The position numbers were made by a program, and so were the translations under genes. DNA of 64,000 bases from Oikopleura dioica (taxonomy: Eukaryota; Animalia; Chordata). The notes beneath the pieces were generated by a model. The model saw nothing but the letters and a program-made list of their open reading frames with translations, ran no database searches and was not told where the DNA came from. Position 1 is the stretch's first letter. Every line of letters begins with the position of its first letter. This document shows positions 26,930-38,840 of this stretch, in pieces. Location: the NCBI GenBank assembly GCA_907165135.1, contig OU015566.1, positions 6,882,001-6,946,000 of the forward strand, given 5' to 3'.

Positions 26930-26984
26930 TCTAAAAACGGACTTGATTACCAGTGAGCTATTTTATGCTTATCCACGCAGCTGT

Positions 26985-29919
26985 TCAAACAGAAATAGTT
27001 TTGAAAACATTAAATCCAGAACTAGCCGTGGACAGCATCAACCCTTCGATTTGGGGATGCCAATGCACTTCCTTGATGTCTTGCTGGCCCTGATGCACAA
27101 ACAGTAGCTGTGGGGGCACTTCCGGTTCTTCACTGTGTCCTTCTTTTTCCACCGCCAAGTCCCACTGAAAAAAAATATTGCTCAATTATTTCTCAAGCTT
27201 GTTTTTGCTCTGTCTGATGAAGAAGTCATCTGAATGGGAAGAGGATCATCCGAGCATTTGGCTTCACCTCATGCCATATTTGGCATAAGTAATGTTTGCC
27301 CAGGGTTTTTAGGAAATTCTACGTTTGCCTCTGACCCCCTTTACTTCGGATCATCATAGTCTGTTACGCTAAATGTTGGCTGCATTTTTATTTGTGCAGC
27401 GTGCAGCTCGCGTGCTTGGAAGAACCCTGTGATGAGTTTTAAGTGATACCTGTGTGACTTGGTTGTCTTCTCCCGACGCGGCGAACACGCTTGAGTCCTG
27501 AGGACACCACTCCACTGACGTAATCGGCCCTAAACTCTCAGTCGCCGGTCACTAGAGACTGTTACTCTACCTGAATGATGCTTGAAGTGAGCGACGCACT
27601 CTTTGGACTGAATCTGCCTCAGATCCCAAACTTTGACAACTCCGTCGTCTCCACCCGATACAATAAACGGCTCTTTTCGATTCCAACTAGTTATACAAAA
27701 TGAACAACGCTGATGCAATCATTGCCTCATTACCTGATTCCATTAACGTCTAAACTATGAGCATTTTCCACTGCTATCATGCACGCGTTATTCGGTTTCG
27801 CTCGAATATCCCAAATTCTGATTGACTTGTCTGTAGAACACGATGCAAAAACTACAAGAAAGTGAATGTTCTGCTCTTAAAAATCCTCCTGTAAGTACCT
27901 GATGCTTCCATCGGACTCCACTGAATATCCTCCACTGCAGCTTGGTGTCCAGTGAACGAGCTTTGATTTACATTCCAATCCGTTCCATTTGGCGCCCAAT
28001 GATGGATGTTTTTACTGTTATCTCCTGTTAGCAAATTTCCTAAAAACCAGGGTTGAACAAGACGTCTGTCTTGCGTCTTACCTGGCTTGGTTAGCGACCA
28101 GTCGAGCGCGTATCCCTCGGCTCGGTAGCCCGAGAAGGTGAATAGCGGCTTTAGTGTTTTCTGATGATTACTGAGAAGGAAAGTCAAGTTACTGAATTTT
28201 CAGAGCTTTTACCTGATGAAATTGCTCATTGCATGCTTATCATGCGTCGCCTTGAGCTGCTCAGCCAGATCCCAAACGTGCACCTCTGCTCTTTCAGACC
28301 AGTTTGCACAGAGCACGCGATCGCCTGCATTCCATGCACGGACGCGATTCACCGCGCCTGCATGTCGCACCATCGCCGCGCTCAGCACCGGTCGTTTTTC
28401 TAAAGAATTCGTTTTATCGGTCAAATTCCGCAATGAATTTTATCCGAATTTTTCTCGAATAGCGCGTGTACCAAATAACGTGATGAAATCACGAAGCTTT
28501 TCGATTATATAGTCGGCTAATATGCCTCAGGCACGCTATAATGGGGAGCTAGATCAATTAAATCCATTGCCAAGGGTTTATCTTAAATTCTACTGAATAA
28601 AAATTTATTTTCATAATCAAATTTTGCCTAAAATTGACTTTACGTCATACTATTTCGTAATATCAATGTTAAACTTTCCGATTCTAGCGTAAAACGCGGC
28701 GTTTCGGGCCCGTGTTGACTTTGGGCACACATGGGGGTTGTAGCTAGTTATGGGAAGCACTGATTTTGAGTTAAAAATGTAATAATTTCAATAATCTTCC
28801 GCACATTTCAAAATAATTTCCATCTCAATCGTGATTTCGATTACGTAACCCTAACGAACCTAATAGCGAGATTCATGGTGCTTTTCGTAACGAGGGAGCT
28901 TTACTTGGCCCCAGGGCCGTGTCTGCTGCCATGTAGGTGCATGAAAAGCTGTTGTATAATCCTCCAAACGCGGCAAAGACGTTCTTGTTTATTTGAAACG
29001 ACCTTTCCATAGGTTCAGAAGACGATTCTCCGTCTCTGAGACTGAGGATCGAGCGTTATTATAGGCGATACGGGTGGATGGGTTGAGTATTCAGCACCCT
29101 ACTTATGCATAAACGCGCCTCGGATCCATTTTAATCCGTAAATTATAGAGAGAAAACTACACTCAAATCATGTGGAAAGAGAGAATATTACCCCGCATGA
29201 TGGCAGTCAGGGGCTAGAAAAATAGGCTCAGATTTATTGAAATCTGTTACATCAAAAATATAAACAAAGTAAAACGAGGGGAACCTTCTTACTACCTTAG
29301 ATTTACAAAAGCAAGTCTATTAGACTAGAATTTCTACTGGACTAGGTACTAGATCGTTATAATAGTCGAAAATAAAGACCGATTATTTCAAAAGAATTTC
29401 CCAACCTAGCTATTTTTGATGCTTACCTGGATCTACAGGAGGTTCTTCTTCGTCATCGTCCAAGTCAATCGGCTCTTCTTGTTCGTGCATGTTCGAAAGC
29501 TTTAGGACAATCAAGTGATCTCGGGCAGTTTGCGAATTCGTTCCGGCGACGATGAAAGTAGTAGCTGGATAGGCGCCGTTCGAGCGGTTGACATCGTCGG
29601 AAATGATGTCGAAGGAAAGACATGGAGCGCCTGTTTGAAATTCGTGGTATAATTTGTAAGCGCTAGAATCGTTCTATAGAGGGAAAAAGCAGTTTTCTCA
29701 CCTCTCGTCTCTGACCAATTCTTCGCCTTCTTTGAGCGTGTGTTTTCCAGGAATAAATGCTTCTTGCGCGACTTTGTTTTTCCCATTCGAACTGGACATT
29801 TCCTCATCGTCGTCTTCTTCCTCTTCCTCTGAGCTTTCATTTTCTTCGTCTTCCTCTTCTTCTGGCATTGGCGGTTCCAAGTCCATGTGTTCTAAGTCGC
29901 CTTTTTCGATTCCGTCCAT
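26985..29919 (-). CDS. GRWD1: Glutamate-rich WD40 protein 1 (Rrb1)
   Basis: Acidic N-terminus, [96 protein letters not shown]. Confidence 0.95.
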
Positions 29920-31090
29920 GATTATTTTGAAATCAACTCTGAAAAGAAGATTGCTGGTACGACATTAGGAGAGTTCAAGAAAATTTTAAAGCAGACTAAA
30001 GTCTAAAAATAATTTATTTAAAATATACTATCTGCTGCAGCAGCAGACGGCAGACGATATTTATCGTTTTTATAGATGAATTTAGAAAACTTTTTGCATC
30101 ATAGTGTACTCCTTATGTTAATGCTTCATTTTAATATTTTATTATTCATCAAAAATCATAAAATAAATCTTTTAATAATTTTGAGTTCAAAATTTTTGAC
30201 AGTAAGTTACAGCGTAAACTTTTTCAGAACAAATCTTCAGACCCGGATTTAAACGGAATGGTTAAATTGAATGGTGATCGACGATTTCAAATAACTCGTT
30301 CAAAAATTTTTTCTAACACCCCCTTTTTTTGTGCTCATTTGAAAGAGCGTGAAAAACTGGTCCAGAAAATGCTGGTCTTATCATCGGTGACGTCACAAGT
30401 GGCGCGCGGGCGCCCCCTAAATGTCTAATTAGGTCAATTGCGGGCTACGCGATTTCTCCGGTCATGCATATCGCACATGCATGGTTAGCATCTAGAATTG
30501 ATCGTCGTGAGCAGGGCTACATGTCCCGGCCAAAATCGTCAAAATCGGACCACGTCTTCACCAGCTGGTTGACCGGCAAATATCTCAAAATGACAAAATC
30601 ACTTACTTTTGATAAAGGCAACCTACCGATGGAAGTAGGGGGTTGCCCTGGACTCGAACCCGAATTTCTGCCGTATTCGGCCACTTAGTGCCGGAGGACC
30701 TCCCGGACGACTCCTCTGCTGGAAGAAAAGCTGCTGGAAGACTAATATCAAAAAATATAAATACAAATAAAATTTAAAGCCATGATTGGCTAGTAATTGC
30801 CGTATTCAGCCACTTAGTGCCGGAGGACCTCCCGGAGGACCGCTCTGCTGGAAGAAAAGCTGCTGGAAGACCAATTTTTAAAAATAAAAATACAAATATA
30901 AAGCCTGGATTGGCTAAATATTGTCTAATAAGCCGCATTTAGCCACTTTTTGCCGGATGACCTCCCGGAGGACCCGCCTACTGAAAAACCGACTGCTGGT
31001 AAGCCAATATTTAAAAAAAAATAAATAAAAAGCCTTGCAACATCTGGCAAAACTCGATCACTTTAGTTCATAAGCCAGTTCATACTTTTC

Positions 31091-31520
31091 AATCAGACTC
31101 AGAGCGAAGCCGACCCGAAGGGGAGGCCACGCCCGTTCAACCTTTTCAATCAGAGTCAGGGCGAAGCCGACCCGAAGGGAGGTCAATCCCGTTCATTCCT
31201 TTCAATCAGAGTCAGGGCGAAGCCGACCCGAAGGAGGCCACGCCCGTTCATTCTTTAAATCAGATTAAGGGCGAAGCCGACCCGAAGGGAGGCCAATCCC
31301 GTTCATTCTTTTCAATCAGAGTAAGGGCGAAGCCGACCCGAAGGGAAGGCCATGCCCGTCCATTCTTTAAATCAGATTAAGGGCGAAACCAACCCGAAGG
31401 GAGGCCAATCCGTTCATTCTTTTCAATCAGAGTCAGGGCGAAGCCGACCCGAAGGAGGCCACGCCCGTTCATTCTTTTAAATCAGAGTCAGGGCGAAGCC
31501 AACCCGAAGGGATGGCAACG
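31091..31520 (+). repeat. ~56-bp tandem array, left arm (about 7.5 units)
   Basis: Unit AATCAGAGTCAGGGCGAAGCCGACCCGAAGGGAGGCCACGCCCGTTCATTCTTTTC with variants. Confidence 0.9.
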
Positions 31521-31689
31521 TCTAATCTTTTTATTCAATAAGAGTCAATACGAATTTGATTGAAGAAGTCTACGCTGGTTCGCTTTCAGATTTTTGTAAA
31601 TCCCGAATGTTAGATCTCTTGAAAACCTCCCGGATTTTTCAACATTAAAGTTAGGAGTATCTCGAAATATTCGGGATCATAAATGATGC

Positions 31690-32214
31690 TTCGCCCTGAC
31701 TCTGATTGAATAGAATGAACGAGTGCGGCCTCCCCTTCGGGTCGGATTCGCCCTTACTCCGATTGAAAAGAATGAACGGGCGTGGTCTCCCCTTCGGGTC
31801 GGCTTCGCCCTGACTCTGATTGAAAAGAATGAACGGGATTGGCCTCCCTTCGGGTCAGCTTCGCCCTAACTCTGATTTAAAAGAATGAACGGGCGTGGCC
31901 TCCCTTCGGGTCGGCTTCGCCCTGACTCTGATTGAAAAGAATGAACGGGATTGGCCTCCCTTCGGGTTGGTTTCGCCCTTAATCTGATTTAAAGAATGGA
32001 CGGGCATGGCCTTCCCTTCGGGTCGGCTTCGCCCTTACTCTGATTGAAAAGAATGAACGGGCATGGCCTTCCTTCGGGTCGGCTTCGCCCTGACTCTGAT
32101 TGAAAGGAATGAACGGGATTGACCTCCCCTTCGGGTCGGCTTCGCCCTGACTCTGATTGAAAAGGTTGAACGGGCGTGGCCTCCCTTCGGGTCGGCTTCG
32201 CTCTGAGTCTGATT
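31690..32214 (-). repeat. ~56-bp tandem array, right arm (about 9.5 units, inverted)
   Basis: Ten occurrences of a TCGCCC(T)GACTCTGATT-type motif at ~56-bp spacing. Confidence 0.9.
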
Positions 32215-33480
32215 GAAAAGTATGAACTGGCTTATGAACTAAAGTGATCGAGTTTTGCCAGATGTTGCAAGGCTTTTTATTTATTTTTTTAAATATTGGC
32301 TTACCAGCAGTCGGTTTTTCAGTAGGCGGGTCCTCCGGGAGGTCATCCGGCAAAAAGTGGCTAAATGCGGCTTATTAGACAATATTTAGCCAATCCAGGC
32401 TTTATATTTGTATTTTTATTTTTAAAAATTGGTCTTCCAGCAGCTTTTCTTCCAGCAGAGCGGTCCTCCGGGAGGTCCTCCGGCACTAAGTGGCTGAATA
32501 CGGCAATTACTAGCCAATCATGGCTTTAAATTTTATTTGTATTTATATTTTTTGATATTAGTCTTCCAGCAGCTTTTCTTCCAGCAGAGGAGTCGTCCGG
32601 GAGGTCCTCCGGCACTAAGTGGCCGAATACGGCAGAAATTCGGGTTCGAGTCCAGGGCAACCCCTACTTCCATCGGTAGGTTGCCTTTATCAAAAGTAAG
32701 TGATTTTGTCATTTTGAGATATTTGCCGGTCAACCAGCTGGTGAAGACGTGGTCCGATTTTGACGATTTTGGCCGGGACATGTAGCCCTGCTCACGACGA
32801 TCAATTCTAGATGCTAACCATGCATGTGCGATATGCATGACCGGAGAAATCGCGTAGCCCGCAATTGACCTAATTAGACCTTTAGGGGGCGCCCGCGCGC
32901 CACTTGTGACGTCACCGATGATAAGACCAGCATTTTCTGGACCAGTTTTTCACGCTCTTTCAAATGAGCACAAAAAAGGGGGTGTTAGAAAAATTTTTGA
33001 ACGAGTTATTTGAAATCGTCATCCTTCATTTTAATATTTTCTTCATATATTTATTCGCAGTAAGATCTCATCTCAGAATCGCAAAAACTCTTAATAAAAA
33101 GTTTTGAACTTTGCTTATTCATGCATTTGCATGTTATTTATTCAGTAAATCATTTTAGAACAGGGAATCATATAATTGTTTATCAGAAAACAAAGTATTC
33201 AAATATCGGGGGCTAGCGCTCACATTGTAACCTCTGGATTGTGCTTCATTTCATCTTCTCTTCATAATTTTTTTTATTTCATTCTTAATTTTTGACGTCA
33301 AAATCGACCATTTTTAGAAATCAACATTTTTTTTCATTTTTTTTTTTGTGATTCGCCCGGAGCGCTGCCCGAGCGAGGCTGCTATTTGCGCTCAAAGGAA
33401 AATCGAAAGCGTGAGAAAAAAAAGGGAAAGGAAGAATTTCAAGAATTAGAAAATCGAAGAAAAGAAAGTGAAAGAAGAAG

Positions 33481-36410
33481 ATGGATTTCTCGAGTTTTGG
33501 GGATGAAAATTGGGATTTGCTGACTTGGGTCAATTCCGCTTTCAAGTAAGACAAGAAAATCATGATTTTATTTATTTTATAATTATTTCTCATAATTTTG
33601 TTAAAGAAAATTTCTTATCTGTGACCTAATACGGCAAAACACGATCCATTAGGATCTCCGCTCCAGTGGAAGTTTATATCGAGCAACCCTTATTTATAGA
33701 TTTCAAATCTAAGAGTGGCAGATTTCTCATTTCAATAATAACAAGCCTGGGAATCTGATGCTGATTTTGCATATTGCTGCTTTTCCCAGGCTTTTTTAAG
33801 TATTTTTATAGCAAAATATAGGGGTTTTTAATTGACTTTTTCTGAGATTATTCTTTAGTTATTGATGCAAAAAGCATATTTAAACTTACCATTCCCACAG
33901 AAATAAGATTTGTAACAATCAAACTTTACGACAATAACCGGATCTTTAGGGATGTTACAAAAGAGAAGCGGGATACGTATGCCGCGTCACTTCTTACCAA
34001 GCTACAGCTTGTATCTCAGGTATGTCTTCGTTAAACGGGTACATCCTAAAGGACTTTTAAAAGGGGCACCAATTTTATATCCCTTTTTTATTAAATTGAT
34101 TTCCATTTTTAGGACATTTCAAAAACGATCGAAGAAGCAGCTGAGCAAGGCGCTCAAGCAGTTCCAAAAGCAGCTCGGGAGCTAGAAACCGTCCGGCAAG
34201 AAGCAAACTTCCTCAAGCGCCACATGAACCAAGTCAAAGAGGGACTAGAAGACGTCGAGCAAAAGACGAATTCTTCCATTCAAGTTCTCTTTTCGATTGA
34301 CCAGATCAAAGAGCGAGTGGAAAGTTCTGAAGCGTCGTTGAAAAAGGTCGACAACTGGGCTCAAATAACGCAGGAAGCGGAGAATGCTTTCACGGAACAG
34401 GATTTGAAGACGATTGCGGAGAAGATCGCACAGTTGGACCAGTCGATTTTGATCTTTCAAGGCGCGCCAGATTACGGAGAAAAGCAGAAACTCTTGGATA
34501 CTTTCAAAAACCGACTTGAAGCCACTCTTAGTTCCAAAGCGATCCAGTCGACGAAAACTCACGATGTCCAGGCGGCGAAAGAAACGATTCAGCACTTTGC
34601 AAGCATCGGCCGCGTCTCTCAATTCGAAAGCTACTACATCAAGACCTCCAGAGCGAAGTTCAAGGAATCTTGGGAGCTGACTGAGCAGTTTGATCGAACA
34701 ACGACGCTGTATGAAAATTTGGTGCAGAAAGCAGCCGGCGAATTGAGCTTTATCAATGCTGTTTTCGGAGAAGAAAACGCAGAAAATATTTTGATCAAGA
34801 GCTATGCCGACATTTTGAAGAACTTGCCGATAAAGGAAGCGATCAAGGACTTGATTGATGAAAATGGTATGATTCGTACTGTGAGAATCGGGGGTAAACT
34901 GGTTTAGATCCATCGATGTCAATGGAGAAAATCTCCGCGCATCGTCTCGCTGCGGAGCAATTCGTTGAAAAAATGCAATCCTTCCTCGACAACTCCAAAT
35001 CTCCCATCGCTTCTTCCAACATTCAAAACTTCGTTCAAGTCCTTTGGGTCCCCTACGGTGCAGCGATCATTGCGTTCAAAGATTTGATGAGTGCTACTCT
35101 AGCAGCTAGGTATAGATAAGGGTATTTAAAGATAGTATAAAGTTGTTTTCAAGAGTTTCGGACCTGAGAATGGATGGTGATTCCATGGCGCTTCTTGAGA
35201 ACATCAGCAACGCGACAGGCCATCTTGTCGAAATGCACAATTACGCCATTGAGACATGTAAAGAGTCCACTGGCTCTCTCGGCCTTCTCATGCTCGCCGA
35301 GGCCATCGCCGTCGCGCATAAAAAGCTGACTGAGCGGGCCGTTTCAGCCATTGAAGACGCAAAACTCAGATCAAGAAAAGAAGAAACTGAGGACATTTGG
35401 CCGTTCTTTGCGACGAGTCTTCAAATGCTCGAGCGATTCGGTCCTTGGATAAAAGAACTTGATCGATTAGAGAGCGTTTTCCACGAAGAACTGTACGCCA
35501 TCGAGCGATTTTCGTCCGCTTCTATGATGAACAAGGTCCCTTTCTCCCCTCTCAAAATTTGCTTTACGGACATTTAGGAAAGCGAAGAAGATCCTTGGAA
35601 TTTCAACATTCTTCGTCTCTGCGCTCCGAAGAACTTCGGTGAGCTGCAAGGCTTCATCGACCAGAGCATTTCAAAATCATCGACTCTTCTTGCCGATTCC
35701 AACGAAAGTTTCGCGCGACTCGCTCAACTTACAACCGATGTTGCTTTCGACACCGCTTTTGTACCGATCAGATGTTCTTTCAAATCACTAGCGGCCATGG
35801 ATTTGTGGAACAAAGCAGAAGCGCCTCTTCCAGGTAAATTCAAGAGAAATCTGTTTTCTTAATTATTGTAGAATTCGGCTACTCCCCGAGTGAAGAAATC
35901 ACGCAAGTAGGAGACGCTCTTCTGACAATTCCACAGCATTTGGACCCGTTGCAAGCCGATAATTCCGATCTAAAACGCGCGGTATCATGCACCAAGCTTC
36001 CGTATACAGAAAATCTTCCAGATCTACCAGGTAACTTCATTTTTCTCCTTCAATCGTAATTTTCGCCTATAGATTCGCCTGAAAACACGGACGAGGACAT
36101 TTTCGAGCATCATCACGGCGCTGGAGCCTGGCTGGCTAATGCTGGTCATGGAGCGTGCAAGTTATTCATGGAGCAAATTTTCAAAATCCCTGAACTGTCC
36201 GAATGGGGCCGACTCCAACTTGTCTGCGACCTCCGATACCTTGAATCCGTTGGTGACTCTCTCGGAGTAGAAATCTCCGAAGAATGGACAGCTCTTGTCC
36301 AGTTACTTGCTGCTAGCAACGACGATTTAGATCAATTAGCATCTACTGCGCCACAGACTATCGCTGATAAAGTTTACAAGATGCGAAAGAGTCTTAGTCA
36401 AAAAGAATAG
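33481..36410 (+). CDS. COG7: Conserved oligomeric Golgi complex subunit 7
   Basis: MDFSSFGDENWDLLTWVNSAF, KLQLVSQ, QEANFLK..VKEGLEDVEQKT, DQIKERVE, PDYGEKQKLLDTFKNRLE, LPSEEITQVGDALLTIPQHLDP and QLVCDLRYL, colinear with COG7. Confidence 0.95.
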
Positions 36411-36772
36411 AAACTTTTAGTTTTCTCAACCTGGTGTGCCTATTTCAGTTCAACTATTCATCTTATATTTTACCTTGTGCAATAATAAACGTAACTCATA
36501 TTTAATAATTTCGTTTATTTGTTCAAAATCTTTAGAAGCAAGAGCATTCAATTGAGTCTCATTTTACGAAGATAATTAGCTGCTTTTGACGAATTAGAAA
36601 TACGAATCATTTCTGTTTCATTTCATAAATAAGTCGCTTATTGTGAATTCCGGTTATTTTTATGACAAAAATTGTCAAAAGAGGGCGCATTCGACTCTCA
36701 GCGGGAGATCGTTGGCTTTGCCCAAAGATGATATCGTGGTTTGATCTGATAACTAGCCATTTGCTTTTAGAT

Positions 36773-38750
36773 ATGGCAAGAACCGAGTGGTGTTTGAAAT
36801 ATAGTGAGGTTAAAAGATGTTCCACGACAAAAGCAAGAGCTGGAGTTTTTGAAACGAGCAGGGGAAAAGTTCACACTCCCGTGTTCATGCCAGTTGGGAC
36901 GCAAGGAACGATGAAGGGGATTACAGTCGAGCAGATGAAAAATATGAGTATGGATTGCTTTTGAAATCGTGAAGTTGATTGTGTTTCAGATATTGAAATT
37001 ATTCTGGCAAATACGTATCATCTGGCGCATCAGCCAGGCACGGAAATTCTCGACAAATTTGAAGGCGTCCATAAGTTCATGGGCTGGGACAGGAATATTT
37101 TGACCGATTCTGGCGGCTTCCAAATGGTCTCTCTTGTCCATCTGACTACTCTGACGGAAGAGGGAGTAGAATTCGCTTATCCTCACGATCAAACTAGGAA
37201 ATTAATGATGACACCAGAAGAAAGCATGAGAATTCAAAAATGCATCGATTCCGATATTGTTATGCAACTAGACGACGTGGTTTCCGCTGGAATTGGCCGT
37301 GGCCCGAGAATTGAAGAAGCTGCGGAAAGATCTGTTAGTTGTTAGGTTTTCCACGTTTTGTCGAGCGCAATTTCGACCGGATACATATTCATTCCCGCGC
37401 GGGGAAAAAGTTAAATATTTGAGCAAATTGGAAAACCAGGTTAAAGATGGCTAGATCGATGCTTGGAGTCGCCATTGGGCGTCAATCAAAATATTTTCCC
37501 GATTATTCAAGGTGGCCTTGATCCAGAACCGAGGATCAAGTGCTCGGAAGAAATGACGAGGAGGAAGGCGCCTGGATTCGCGATTGGTGGCTTGAGCGGC
37601 GGAGAGACGAAGGATGAGTTTTGGAGAGTTATTCACAACTCTGCGCCGCTTTTGCCAGTTGATAAGCCGAAATATTGTGTGAGTGAACTAATTGGAGATG
37701 GATTTTCATCTGGCCTTTGGACGAACAAGCATTTAACTAATAGTTTCATTTTACAACGCTAATGCCAACGGTCTGTTGAAGACATTATTCGTCATTTACC
37801 TATTCCTTTATGGTTTTTCTAAGATGGGAGTAGGCTATGCTTTGGACCTGATCGTTTTGGTCTCGCTTGGAGTAGACATGTTCGACTGTGTGTACCCAAC
37901 ACGAACAGCGCGATTTGGCCACGCACTTCTGATTGATGGCAAAGAACTTGACATCAAGCGAGGCGAATACTCGCTTGACACTCGTGAACAGGGTTTCTGA
38001 TTTACAAGTCTGGAATTCGCGTCCAAATAGTCAATGATTGACTGGTTGATTGATTCAATTCACAGTCAGAAACCCAGAAAAGCCCGGTCGAGCCCGGATG
38101 TCCCTGCGAGTGTTGCAAAAATTACACAAGAGCCGGTCTCCACATTCTATTCCGTTCCCGCCAGTCGGTTGCAAGCTCCATTTTGTCGATTCACAATCTG
38201 ATGCATCAAAAACGACTAATGGTGCAAATGCGTGAGGCAATCATTGCGGAGCAATTTCCTAGTTGGGTTTATGCATATTGCGAAAAGAACTACTCAGGTA
38301 AGATGCAGCTAATGTGTTTTCGATTTCAAAGAGGAAAGACCCCGTTTTATTTCATTTAAATTTCATCATAAGCATCAGATGAGCATCGATTTAAAGTTCT
38401 CATGTATGGTACTTTAACCTCTAAATTATCTACGGTACCCAAACAAATTAAATAAATGCCCGGGCATATTAAATACCTGATAAGAATGGGTGGGAAGATT
38501 TGGGAATCATTTTATTGGTATTTTCTTTTTGTACAAGTTGACAACTCAAATTGAAAATTGAATTTCGATTTCAGACGGCTCACTTCCGCAATGGGCATCA
38601 AATGCCTTTTCCGAGGTCGGCATTGATGTGAGTAAATTTGTTGGCAAGAATATGAAGGACAAGGAAGAAAGATCGAGCAGACATGATATGAAGAGTTTCA
38701 AGTCGAATCCGAAGGAAAGTGAAAGAAAAGAAGATGCTGTAAAATTGTAG
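36773..38750 (+). CDS. QTRT1: Queuine tRNA-ribosyltransferase catalytic subunit
   Basis: [87 protein letters not shown] and the Zn site CPCECC..HN. Confidence 0.97.
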
Positions 38751-38840
38751 AATTCTGTTGCGCTCTGGATCTTTCAAAATATAGTAATAAATTTTGGCAA
38801 TATACACAGAAAAAATGGGCTAGAATTCATGCTTCGAGAG

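Larger units (their letters stand above)
30280..33020. mobile_element. 2.7-kb modular foldback element with near-identical long inverted arms
   Basis: 30280-31090 is mirrored by 32215-33020 almost base for base. Each arm holds 3 x ~125-bp repeats and an inner ~56-bp array, around a ~170-bp unique spacer. No transposase. Confidence 0.9.

Noticed and set aside
31091-32214. 56-bp arrays as a CRISPR array
   Set aside because: Units are contiguous diverged copies with no unique spacers, there are no cas genes, and the context is eukaryotic.
32611-32665. tRNA gene at the B-box
   Set aside because: Only 10 nt between the A-like box and the B-box, no anticodon arm, and poor T and acceptor stems.
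30464-32838. Mirror ORFs MHIAHAWLAS.. (30464-30688, 32533-32838) and ORF 31979-32353 as transposase or cargo genes
   Set aside because: No DDE or DNA-binding motifs; the two copies differ by a frameshift; the third ORF is a translation of the tandem repeats.
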